This document shows, piece by piece, positions 30,243-39,184 of a stretch of 64,000 nucleotides of DNA (the stretch's first letter is position 1; every line of letters starts with the position of its first letter). The DNA is from Caulobacter sp. Lineage in GTDB: Bacteria > Pseudomonadota > Alphaproteobacteria > Caulobacterales > Caulobacteraceae. The notes beneath the pieces are model-generated. The model did not search any database. It was not told the origin of the DNA and saw only the letters and a list, made by a program, of their open reading frames with translations. The translations under genes were made by a program, and so were the position numbers. The stretch covers positions 62,759 through 126,758 of the forward strand of contig JAHBYC010000002.1 in NCBI GenBank assembly GCA_019636175.1, written 5' to 3'.

Positions 30243-30737
30243 TCAGAGGACGCCAATCGCGCGCATCGCCTCGATCAGCTTGCGGGTCGTCGTGTAGGTG
30301 CGGCTGGTCAGAAGCAGGGTCTCGGGGGCGTTGAACACCCGTTCCGGGATCAGCACGCCGGTCTCGTGACGCTCTACGAGGCCCGCCTTGATCAGGCGCT
30401 GAACGTGGCGGCGGGTCGTCTCGTAGGACATGCCTAGTTCCCGGGCCACCACATAGACGCTGACGGGACGTCGAACGTCATCGGGCGGCACGTCCCGGGC
30501 GCCGTTGTAACGATCATCTTCGCTGTTCAGGTGGCGGGTGTTGGCGTCGGTGATGGACAGCATGATCAGGCCATCAAGGATGTCGCCGCCCCCGAAGGCG
30601 CGGACATTGGCCAGGCAATCGAGAAACCAGCGGGTGCCGATCCGCACAACGGCCCGGCGGTTATCCGTGGAAAGTTCCGCCCCGCCGTCCAACCTCGCGG
30701 TGGAAGAGCCGGGCTGGTTGGTGGGCTGATGAATCAT
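30243..30737 (-). CDS. Hypothetical protein with a winged-HTH-like segment
   Basis: RRPVSVYVVARELGMSYETTRRHVQRLIKAGLVER; start uncertain. Confidence 0.7.
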   Translation of the reverse strand: MIHQPTNQPGSSTARLDGGAELSTDNRRAVVRIGTRWFLDCLANVRAFGGGDILDGLIMLSITDANTRHLNSEDDRYNGARDVPPDDVRRPVSVYVVARELGMSYETTRRHVQRLIKAGLVERHETGVLIPERVFNAPETLLLTSRTYTTTRKLIEAMRAIGVL

Positions 30738-30979
30738 GATCAAGTTCCAGAAGCGAACGCCCCCCGTTATCGCACCTGCTCGCGCCGCCGGGGTGGGACG
30801 AGGAAATGGAGCGCCGCCCGGCGACCTCAAGTCAAAACTGACCCAAAATGGGCAAGCAGGCCGGTATCGCGTCGTTTGGTCGCGGCGATGGGCATGATTC
30901 ACCAACTTCGGCCGCTTCATTGACCCGGAGGGGTGTTCCGGGCTTGGTTGGGGGCAGTTGGCTGCAAGGACATTCCAAG

Positions 30980-32236
30980 ATGCAAAAATCCCTGGCCCTC
31001 CGGGTCCTCCTCGCCCTGATCGCTGGCCTCCTGATCGGAGCCGCCCTTCAGGTCTGGAGCGGCGACGGCGCCATGGGTGCGGTCGAGCTGGTGAAATCCC
31101 TTGGGGTGCTGTGGCTGAACGCCCTGCGCATGACCATCATTCCGCTGGTCTTCTCGCTGCTGGTGATCGGCATCGCCTCGGTCGCCGACGCCGCGGCGAC
31201 CGGCAAGCTGGCCGCAAGAGCGATCGGATTGTTCGCGATTCTGCTGGTGGCCTTCTCGCTCTACAGCCTGCTGGCGACGAATGGCCTGCTGGCGCTCTGG
31301 CCCATCGATCCGGCCGCGGGAGAGGTGTTGAAGTCGACCGGATCGGCGCCTGACGCCTCTGCGTTGCAGGCCGCCACCCTGAACGAGTTCCTGCGCGGCC
31401 TGGCGCCATCGAACGCCCTCAAGGCCGCCGTCGAGGATGCGATCCTGCCGCTGGTGGTGTTCGGCGCCTTCTTCGGCTTCGCCGCCAGCAAGCTGCCCGC
31501 CGATCTGCGCGAGCCACTGCTGAACATCTTCAAGGCCATCTCCGAGACCATGCTGACCATCGTGCGCTGGGTGCTGTGGGCCGCGCCGCTCGGCGTCTTC
31601 GCCCTGGCGCTGAGCGTCGGCGCCCAGACCGGCCTGGGGGCCGCCGCGACGCTGTTGCAATACATCGCCATTGTCGCCGGGGTCACCGCCGGGGTCACCG
31701 TGATCGTCATGGCCCTGGTCGCCCTCAGCGGCGCGGCGGGCTTGGGCGAGTTCATCCGCGCGACCGGACCTGTTCTGGCGATCGCCTTCAGCACCCAGTC
31801 ATCCCTGGCCAGCCTGCCGGCGATGCTGGAGCGGACCCGCGATAATCTTGGGGTGCCGGACCGTTTCACCGGCCTGCTGCTGCCCCTGGCGGTGGCCGTG
31901 TTCCGCATCACCAGCCCGGTCGCCAACCTGGCGGTCGCGGTGTTCCTGGCCCACCTCTACGGCGTCCATCCGGGCATCCCGCAGTATGTCGGCGCGATCA
32001 TCGTCGCCTTCGCCATTTCGGTCGGCTCGGTCGGCCTGCCCAGCCAGGTCTCGTTCTTCGCCAGCATCGCGCCGATCTGTCTGGCGATGGGTGTGCCGGT
32101 CGACCTGCTGCCCATTCTGCTGGCGGTGGAAGTGGCGCCGGACATCTTCCGCACCATCGGCAACGTCACCGGCGACATGGGCGTCACCACCGTGCTGGCC
32201 AAGGGCCAGCGCCAGCCGGTCGAGGCGGACAGCTAG
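30980..32236 (+). CDS. Dicarboxylate/amino acid:cation symporter (DAACS)
   Basis: LWLNALRMTIIPLVF, AFSTQSSLASLP, PDIFRTIGNVTGD. Confidence 0.9.
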   Translation: MQKSLALRVLLALIAGLLIGAALQVWSGDGAMGAVELVKSLGVLWLNALRMTIIPLVFSLLVIGIASVADAAATGKLAARAIGLFAILLVAFSLYSLLATNGLLALWPIDPAAGEVLKSTGSAPDASALQAATLNEFLRGLAPSNALKAAVEDAILPLVVFGAFFGFAASKLPADLREPLLNIFKAISETMLTIVRWVLWAAPLGVFALALSVGAQTGLGAAATLLQYIAIVAGVTAGVTVIVMALVALSGAAGLGEFIRATGPVLAIAFSTQSSLASLPAMLERTRDNLGVPDRFTGLLLPLAVAVFRITSPVANLAVAVFLAHLYGVHPGIPQYVGAIIVAFAISVGSVGLPSQVSFFASIAPICLAMGVPVDLLPILLAVEVAPDIFRTIGNVTGDMGVTTVLAKGQRQPVEADS

Positions 32237-32261
32237 CCCGCCGTCCCATGGCCAGAGCCGT

Positions 32262-32903
32262 TCAGGCCGGAAAGGGCGGCGGCGAAACCCTGTCGCTCTT
32301 CTGCGCCGCCTTGGCCGCGCGAAATCCCGGGCGAGACTTGAGCCGTTCCCAATAGGCCGCGACAGCCGGCGAGAACTGCGCATCCAGCTTGAGTTGCCGG
32401 GCCAGCAGCAGGGCGTATCCCACCGAGATGTCGGCCGCCGTGAAGCGACCCGCGCAGAGCCATTCGCGGTCCGCCAGGGCCCGGTCGACGCCCTTCAGTC
32501 GAGACAGAAACCAGCGCTCATAGTCATCGGCCGTCTGCGGCGCGCGGTCGGGCTCGAAGACGCGGTAGCGAAGCACCAGAGTCTGCGGGAAGGTCAGGGT
32601 CGCCTCGCCGAAATGCAGCCAGTTGAGCCAGGCTCCGTAGTCCGGATCGTCAACCTCGACGGCGAGGTCAGAGGGGCCATGGCGGGTGACGAGGTACTGG
32701 GTGATGGCGGCCGACTCGCTCATCCGCGTCTCGCCGTCGACCAGGAACGGGATGGTGCCCAGCGGATTGACGGCCAGATAGTCCGGCTCGCGGAATCGCG
32801 GCGGAAACGACAGCAGCTTCAGCTCATAGGGCAGGCCAAGCTCTTCCAGCGCCCAGAGCGCCCGGAACGACCGCGCATCGGCGCAATGCCACAGCTGGAT
32901 CAT
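32262..32903 (-). CDS. Glutathione S-transferase family protein
   Basis: RSFRALWALEE, NPLGTIP, ESAAI, FTAADI. Confidence 0.9.
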   Translation of the reverse strand: MIQLWHCADARSFRALWALEELGLPYELKLLSFPPRFREPDYLAVNPLGTIPFLVDGETRMSESAAITQYLVTRHGPSDLAVEVDDPDYGAWLNWLHFGEATLTFPQTLVLRYRVFEPDRAPQTADDYERWFLSRLKGVDRALADREWLCAGRFTAADISVGYALLLARQLKLDAQFSPAVAAYWERLKSRPGFRAAKAAQKSDRVSPPPFPA

Positions 32904-32907
32904 GGCC

Positions 32908-33693
32908 CTACCCTCGCGGCGCGCTGTTGAAGCGGATGTTGTCCCTGGCCAGCCCGTCCTGAACGATCGACAGTCCGCCGGCGCGGATCATCCATTCCAG
33001 GCGGTGATCGCGATACTGCCGCTTGAACAGACCCGCCTCGACGATCTGCGCCACACCGGTCATGGCGGCGAGGGAGTCCCGGGCGGCCTTCAGGGACGCG
33101 GCGACGGACGGACGTTCGGCCGCGCGGCTGAACCAGTCGCTCAAGGGGCCGGGCGCCGGCGGCATGCCAAATCCGATGGCCCCGGCGACGAAGGGCGCGA
33201 CGCACAGATCGCCCCAGCCGAAGCTGTCGCCATTGAACCAGGCCCGATCGCCAAGCTGGCCTTCCAGCCAGGCGTGGAGTTGCGCCAGTTCCCCGGCCGC
33301 GCTGGCCTGCATCGCCTGTGCCTGCTCGCCCGTTGCGCGGCGGAAGTTGGCGATCTCGGACAGCCCCCAGGTGATGGCCTCGTAGTGGGTGTCGCAGAGT
33401 TCCTCGATCATCCGCACCCGGGCCCGGTCCACGGCGCCGGCGGGCAGCAGCGCGGGATCGGGAAAGCGGTCCTCGATGAACTCCAGGATGATGGTGGAAT
33501 CGAAGATGGCCTGCCCCTCGACGAACAGCACCGGCACCTCTCCGCGCGGATTGGCCTGGCGGAACGCCTCCGACATCTGGCCTGAGCCGATCGCCTCGGG
33601 CATGCGGACCTGATAGGCGACGCCCTTTTCGTCCAGGGCGATCTTCACCTTCTGGGCATAGGGCGAGAGCGGGTGTTCCAAGAGCTCGATCAT
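32908..33693 (-). CDS. Glutathione S-transferase family protein
   Basis: HPLSPYAQKVKIAL, NPRGEVP, DSTIILE. Confidence 0.88.
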   Translation of the reverse strand: MIELLEHPLSPYAQKVKIALDEKGVAYQVRMPEAIGSGQMSEAFRQANPRGEVPVLFVEGQAIFDSTIILEFIEDRFPDPALLPAGAVDRARVRMIEELCDTHYEAITWGLSEIANFRRATGEQAQAMQASAAGELAQLHAWLEGQLGDRAWFNGDSFGWGDLCVAPFVAGAIGFGMPPAPGPLSDWFSRAAERPSVAASLKAARDSLAAMTGVAQIVEAGLFKRQYRDHRLEWMIRAGGLSIVQDGLARDNIRFNSAPRG

Positions 33694-33768
33694 CGACGGC
33701 CTCCCATTTTTCCGGACCGTGGGCCGCCTTCCGTCGGGGGCGTCAACGGCCGATCGAGCCCCTTCAGG

Positions 33769-35049
33769 TCAGTGAAGTTTCAGGCGGCCCGACACCCGCT
33801 CCTGCAGCAGACGCGCCAGCGCCAGCACCACCGTCTTTGTGGTCCCCAGGATGGCGCGGTGGTGGTTAAGGTGCAGCGACATGTAGAGCCACTTGGCGAC
33901 CAGCCCCTCGATGAAGAAGTTGGGCCCGCCAAGCCCGCCCATCAGCGAGCCGACGCCCCGGCTTTCTCCCAGCGACACCAGCGAGCCGAAGTCGCGATAC
34001 TGGAAGGGCGGCTCATGGCGGCGTTCGGCCAGGCGCGCGCCCAGCACCCTGGCCAGATAGTCAGCCTGTTGATGCGCCGCCTGGGCGCGGGCGGGCACGG
34101 TGCGGCCGTCCTTCCACGGGGCGGCGGCGCAGTCGCCCATCGCCCACAGCCCCTCGGCCGAGGTTTCCAGCCGGTCGTTCACCACGATCTGATTGAGCCG
34201 ATTGGTTTCCAGCCCGAGACCCGCGTTGCTGTCGGCGGCCTTGACCCCCGCGGCCCAGACGATGATGTCGGCCGGAATGTCTCCCAGGGAGGTGACCACC
34301 CTGCCCTCGGCCACCTCGATGACCCGGGCGCCGGTCTTCACCGTCACGCCCTTGCGCTCCAGCGCCAGGGTCGCCTGGTCGGAGATCTTTTCGGGAAGCT
34401 GTCCCAGGATGCGGTCCGCGGCCTCCACGATGGTGATGTCCAGGCGGAAGCGCTGGTCCTTGGCCAGACCCTGATCGAGTTCGTTGTGAGCCTCGATGAG
34501 TTCCGCCGACAGCTCGACGCCGGTCGCGCCTCCGCCGACGATGGCGACGGCCAGCGAGCGTTCCGGCGCGAACGAGGCGCGGGTGAAGGCGGCCAGCAGA
34601 TGGTTGTGGAAGCGGATGGCGTCGCCGGTGTTTTCCAGCAGATAGGCGCCGGCGGCGCCCGGCGTGCCGAACAGGTTGGCCCCGCAGCCCAGCGCCAGCA
34701 CGCACCAGGTGAAGGTCACGGACCGTTCCGGCGCCAGTTCGCGGCCGTCCTCTCCGGTCATCGCCGCCAGGGTCAGGCGCCGCCCGGCCGGATCGAGCCC
34801 GGACATCTCGCCAAGGGTGAAGCTGAAGTGATTGCGCCTGGCCAGGATGGGATAGCTCAGTCCCTCCTGGTGCGTATCCAGGGTCCCCGCGGCGACCTCG
34901 TGCAGGGTCGGCTTCCAGATGTGGAAGACCGTGCGGTCGATCAGCAGGACCTTCTCGGTCCCCCGCTTTCGGCCCAGCTTGCGCCCCAGTTTGGCGGCCA
35001 GCTCCAGACCGCCGGCTCCGCCGCCGACGATGACGATGTCATAGTGCAT
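33769..35049 (-). CDS. ndh: Type II NADH dehydrogenase
   Basis: GGGAGG, HIWKPTLHEVAAG, GGGATGVE, ARAQAAHQQA, YRDFGSLVSL. Confidence 0.88.
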   Translation of the reverse strand: MHYDIVIVGGGAGGLELAAKLGRKLGRKRGTEKVLLIDRTVFHIWKPTLHEVAAGTLDTHQEGLSYPILARRNHFSFTLGEMSGLDPAGRRLTLAAMTGEDGRELAPERSVTFTWCVLALGCGANLFGTPGAAGAYLLENTGDAIRFHNHLLAAFTRASFAPERSLAVAIVGGGATGVELSAELIEAHNELDQGLAKDQRFRLDITIVEAADRILGQLPEKISDQATLALERKGVTVKTGARVIEVAEGRVVTSLGDIPADIIVWAAGVKAADSNAGLGLETNRLNQIVVNDRLETSAEGLWAMGDCAAAPWKDGRTVPARAQAAHQQADYLARVLGARLAERRHEPPFQYRDFGSLVSLGESRGVGSLMGGLGGPNFFIEGLVAKWLYMSLHLNHHRAILGTTKTVVLALARLLQERVSGRLKLH

Positions 35050-35145
35050 GTGGCTATCCCCAGCCGTGCTGGCGAGGGCATAGACCCTGGATCACCGCGA
35101 GGGAAGACCAGGGCCGATCAGGAACATCTGCAACGGTGAACCCGC

Positions 35146-36015
35146 CTACGCCGCCTTCCTGCGACTGACCTTGACCCGGCCTTCATCGAGGAAGTCCCGA
35201 ATGATCGGCGCGGCGATTTCGGCCTTGGACACCAGGAACAGATGGCCGCCGTCCTTGATCACCTCCAGCCGGGCGCCGGGGATCAGGGCGGTGAGGAACT
35301 TGCCGTTGACCAGGGGGACAATCCGGTCCGCGTCGCCCATCATCACCAGGGTCGGGGCCTTCAGGAAGGGCAGGAAGGGCACGCTGGTCCAGCCGACCAT
35401 GGCGCCCAGCTGATAGAGATAGCCGGTGCGGCTCGGGGCCCGGATGCGACCGATATGGCCATCTGATCCCTTGGTCTCGCCGCCGTAGAGCGCCTCGAAG
35501 TTCTTGCGCATGAACTCGGGGTCCACATAGCGCTTGGGATCGGCCATCTTGCTGAGCGCGCGGATATCGCCCGGCGCCATGATGACCCCGGCCGAGGTCG
35601 CCGCCAGCACCAGCCGCCCGGTCTGTTTGGGGCACTGGAAGGCGAACTGCTGCGCCAGGCCGCCGCCCCAGCTGACGCCCATGACGTCGACCTTGTCATA
35701 GCCGAGCTGTTTGAGCAGCCGTGACGCCGTCCAGGCCATGGTCCAGGGCCGGTAAGGCGCGACCGGATTGGGCGAACCGCCGATGCCCGGCATGTCGAAG
35801 GTGATCAGGTCGCGGTCGGGAAACCAGTCGGCCAGCGGGCTCATCACCTCGATATTGGCCCCGATGCCGTTGAAGAACAGCAGAGGAGTCGCCGGAGTCT
35901 GGCCGGCCGGCGGCCGGGCCTTCCACACGGCGACCCGCAGCATGCGTCCGCCGGCCCTCAGGATCGAGAACTCGGGGGCCGGGCCTTGTGCGGCGGACTT
36001 TGAGGATCGGGTCAA
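35146..36015 (-). CDS. phaZ: Intracellular PHA depolymerase, Pseudomonas PhaZ type
   Basis: PLLFFNGIGAN, FDMPGIGGS, GVSWGGGLAQQFA, GWTS, GGHLFL. Confidence 0.9.
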   Translation of the reverse strand: MTRSSKSAAQGPAPEFSILRAGGRMLRVAVWKARPPAGQTPATPLLFFNGIGANIEVMSPLADWFPDRDLITFDMPGIGGSPNPVAPYRPWTMAWTASRLLKQLGYDKVDVMGVSWGGGLAQQFAFQCPKQTGRLVLAATSAGVIMAPGDIRALSKMADPKRYVDPEFMRKNFEALYGGETKGSDGHIGRIRAPSRTGYLYQLGAMVGWTSVPFLPFLKAPTLVMMGDADRIVPLVNGKFLTALIPGARLEVIKDGGHLFLVSKAEIAAPIIRDFLDEGRVKVSRRKAA

Positions 36016-36039
36016 ACTGAAATCCCTTTCGGACTGAAA

Positions 36040-37731
36040 CTATTCGAACGCATAGAGCCCCGGCGCGGGGTCCATCGGCTTGTATTTTTTCGACCCCAGC
36101 GCCTTGGGCGCGGCCTTGGTCTCACCGGCCCTCGCCTGCAGCCACTCCACCCAGAACGGCCACCACGACCCGGCCTTTTCCTGGGCCTTCTCGGCCATCC
36201 ACTCGTCCAGCGACGCCGGCGGACGGGTCTCGCTGTGGAAGTATTTGGCCTTGGGGTTGCCGGGCGGGTTGAGCAGGGCCTGGATATGGCCGGCCTGGCT
36301 TAGGACGAAGTCCACATTGGGCGACCCGATCAGCTGGGTCAGGCGATAGCAGGCCTTCCAGGGGGTGATGTGGTCGGTGACGCCGGCGACGACGAAGACG
36401 TCGTTCTTCACCTTCGACAGGTCGACCAGGTGCCCTGCCAGCTCCACCCCGCCGTGATTACGGAACGGCTGGTGTTCATAGACCGACAGATAGTCGGAAT
36501 GCAGGGCGGCGGTCAGGTTGGTGCTGTCGTTGTTCCAGAACAGAACGTCGAACGGCGGCGGATCGTCCCCGTGCAGATAGTTGTTGATGACGTAGTTCCA
36601 CACCAGATCGTTCGGCCTCAGCCAGGCGAAGGTGCGCGACAGCGAGGCGCCTTCCAGCACCCCCTTCTTGGCCGACCGCTGGCGGGCCATCTCGATCCCG
36701 TGTTTCGACACCAGGGCGCCGGCCTCGCTGTCGCCGGCGTCCGGATCCAGGACGCAGACCATCATCGAGACCGCATTGATCCGTTCGTCGCCCGCCGCCT
36801 GCAGCTTGCTCAGCAGGGTGGCGGTGGTGATCCCGCCTGAACAGGCGCCGGAGACATTGACCTTCTTCGAGCCGGTGATCTGGGCGATCACGTCGCTGGC
36901 CTCGATCAGGCTGTCGACATAGTCGCCCAGGCCCCAGGCGGCGTGTTCCTTCGTCGGATTGCGCCAGGACACGAGGAAGACCTGGATGCCATTGGCCGCC
37001 AGGTAGCGGACCATCGACTTGTCCGGCGACAGGTCGTTGACATAGGCCTTGTTGATCTGCGGTGGGATGATCAGCAACGGGATCTGATGCACCTGCTCGG
37101 TGGTCGGCTGATACTGGATCAGCTCCATCATCTCGGTGCGATAGACCACCGCCCCGGCGCTGTTGGCGAGGTTTTCGCCGACCTTGAAGGGACGCTTGTC
37201 GACCTGGCTGACAATGCCGTCGTTCTTGGTCACATCGTCATAGGCGTTCTTCAGACCCTTGAGCAGCGAGACGCCGCCGGTGTCGAAGGCCCGCTTCACG
37301 GCCGAGGGATTGCCCACCAGGGTGTTGGACGGCGACAGGCTGTCCAGGATCATGCCGGTGACGAAGTTGGCCCGGGCCCTTTCGAGTTCGTCGAACTCGA
37401 CGTCGTCCAGCCATCCGGCCACGCCCTTCTGAACAGCCAGATAGTATTGCATTCCGGCCTTGTAGAGCGGGTTGTAGCGCCAGGCCGGATCGGCGAAACG
37501 CTTGTCCTTCGGGCCGGCCTCCAGTTCTGACCTGCCGGTCAGGATCTTGACGAGCTCGCCATTGAACTTCGCCACATGCTTCAGCGTCTTCACCGGCCTG
37601 CCGGCGGTTTCCCGCAGCAGCACGCCCACGGCGCCGATCAAATCCTCCCGCGCCACCCCGACGATGGGATTGAGGCCGCCCGCCCCATCGGTCGCGCCGC
37701 CGGTGTCCAGGCGGATTCCCGCTTTGGTCAT
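36040..37731 (-). CDS. phaC: Class II PHA synthase (563 aa)
   Basis: LNPIVG, DKRFADPAW, PPQINK, GACSGG (catalytic Cys), LRPNDLVWNY, DHITPW, GHIQ, GSWW. Confidence 0.92.
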   Translation of the reverse strand: MTKAGIRLDTGGATDGAGGLNPIVGVAREDLIGAVGVLLRETAGRPVKTLKHVAKFNGELVKILTGRSELEAGPKDKRFADPAWRYNPLYKAGMQYYLAVQKGVAGWLDDVEFDELERARANFVTGMILDSLSPSNTLVGNPSAVKRAFDTGGVSLLKGLKNAYDDVTKNDGIVSQVDKRPFKVGENLANSAGAVVYRTEMMELIQYQPTTEQVHQIPLLIIPPQINKAYVNDLSPDKSMVRYLAANGIQVFLVSWRNPTKEHAAWGLGDYVDSLIEASDVIAQITGSKKVNVSGACSGGITTATLLSKLQAAGDERINAVSMMVCVLDPDAGDSEAGALVSKHGIEMARQRSAKKGVLEGASLSRTFAWLRPNDLVWNYVINNYLHGDDPPPFDVLFWNNDSTNLTAALHSDYLSVYEHQPFRNHGGVELAGHLVDLSKVKNDVFVVAGVTDHITPWKACYRLTQLIGSPNVDFVLSQAGHIQALLNPPGNPKAKYFHSETRPPASLDEWMAEKAQEKAGSWWPFWVEWLQARAGETKAAPKALGSKKYKPMDPAPGLYAFE

Positions 37732-37842
37732 TCTTGTGTCCTCCCCGCGCGCCAGATCATTCTCGCCCGGCTGCGCCAATGGGGCATATGCTGGACCGCA
37801 GTTACGCCAAGTCAACCGGCAAGCGCCGGCGGAGACATCCGG

Positions 37843-38424
37843 ATGAAGACGCGGGACCGAATTCTCGAGGCGGCGAGGGGGCTGTTCAACGCCGAGGGCG
37901 TGGGCGCCCTGTCGGCGGTCGACGTCGCATCGGCCATGGGGATCAGCGCCGGCCACCTCTACTACCACTTCAAGGGAAAGCCCCAGATCCTGGCCGAATT
38001 GATGGAGGTCCACGCCGCCGAGGTCGAGCTGATCGCCCAGGCCATGCGGGACGCCTGCCGCAAGGACGCCAGCCTCGAGATGCTGTGGACCCATGTCCAT
38101 ATCCTTGTCGAGGAGGCCTGGGACGCCCGGTTCTTCTATCGCGAACCGGCCCTGGCGATTGAGAATGCCGCGGTGGCGAGTGCGGCGCGGCGGATCATCG
38201 CCGTCCAGCGTTCGGCGGTGGCCGACTGCCTCGCGGCCCTGTCTGACGCCGGCGCCATCAAGGCGGGGCCGGAAGTCCGTGACGGTCTGTCGGGACAGCT
38301 GGTGACCGGCATCGCCTTTCACGCCATCACCCTGGACCTGCAGGGTGACACTGGGCCGCCACGGGAGCGCGTGGCTCGCGCGGCGGCCCAGGTCATGCTT
38401 CCGGCGGCGGCTCTGGCGTCCTGA
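37843..38424 (+). CDS. phaD: TetR family regulator, PhaD-like
   Basis: MKTRDRILE..LFN.EG and GISAGHLYYHFKGK N-terminus as in Pseudomonas PhaD; sits inside the pha cluster. Confidence 0.75.
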   Translation: MKTRDRILEAARGLFNAEGVGALSAVDVASAMGISAGHLYYHFKGKPQILAELMEVHAAEVELIAQAMRDACRKDASLEMLWTHVHILVEEAWDARFFYREPALAIENAAVASAARRIIAVQRSAVADCLAALSDAGAIKAGPEVRDGLSGQLVTGIAFHAITLDLQGDTGPPRERVARAAAQVMLPAAALAS

Positions 38425-38500
38425 TCCTCCTGGGGGGAGGGGGATGAGGATCGCAACGCGGACGCCGCGCCGCCGGAAGAAACACTGTGCGGGATGCGGC

Positions 38501-38995
38501 TCAGGCCGCTTCGTCGGTGGCCTTGGCCGGGGCCTTCTTGGCGGCCTTTTCGGCCCTCAGGGCGGTGACTTCCTCGGTCAGGGCCTCGACCTGCTGGGTC
38601 AGGGCGTGAACCGCTTCGCCCAGCGCGGCCATGTTGAAGGGCGCCAGGGTCTCGGTCAGCGACTTGCGGACCTTGCCGATACGCTCTTCAAGCGCGGTGC
38701 GGCGCTCCTTGGATTGCTTGGTCAGGTCGCCGACCATGCTGACAACCTTCTTGCCGGCCGGAGCCTTGGCGATGCGGTCGCGAACCACGTCCTCGACTTC
38801 CTCGCCCTTGGCGACCAGCTGGTCGAAGGCTTCGGTGGCGCCCTGCGCCAGCTTCTCGGCGGAATCGCGGGCTTCGGTGAAGGCGCGGCCATAGGCGCCG
38901 ACGCCGGCCAGCCAGATCTTGCGGGCGATATCGTGATCGGCGCCGGTCTCGGCGGGCTTGGTCTTGGCGGTCTTGGTCTTCTTGGCGGCGGCCAT
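38501..38995 (-). CDS. PHA granule-associated protein (PhaF/PhaI-like phasin)
   Basis: ARKIWLAGVGAY..FDQLVAKGE motif, coiled coil, short Ala/Lys tail. Confidence 0.85.
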   Translation of the reverse strand: MAAAKKTKTAKTKPAETGADHDIARKIWLAGVGAYGRAFTEARDSAEKLAQGATEAFDQLVAKGEEVEDVVRDRIAKAPAGKKVVSMVGDLTKQSKERRTALEERIGKVRKSLTETLAPFNMAALGEAVHALTQQVEALTEEVTALRAEKAAKKAPAKATDEAA

Positions 38996-39062
38996 GGGAG
39001 GCTCCTTGATTGAAAGGTGAGCGCCGGGGGAGCGACGCGACGCCGCAGTCTCTATCGCCTGT

Positions 39063-39084
39063 GTCTAGAAAGAGCATTCTAGAC
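39063..39084. promoter_or_regulatory. Palindromic candidate operator between the phasin and LuxR genes
   Basis: GTCTAGAA-N6-TTCTAGAC. Confidence 0.45.
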
Positions 39085-39184
39085 TCCGGCCATTCTGGGT
39101 TATGCTCAATTTCAGCGCTCGGGGGTGGACCGGCGCAAAGGGTGGACCAACAGCCTTTTGGACGGGGCGGCAGGTTATTTCGCC

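Noticed and set aside
37732-38322. Apparent N-terminal extension making PhaC 760 aa
   Set aside because: Antisense to the PhaD-like gene; ATG 37731 has a GGAGG RBS and gives a normal class II length.
39123-39148. GGGTGGACC direct repeat upstream of the LuxR gene
   Set aside because: Two 9-mers in GC-rich DNA with no further copy noticed; too weak to call.
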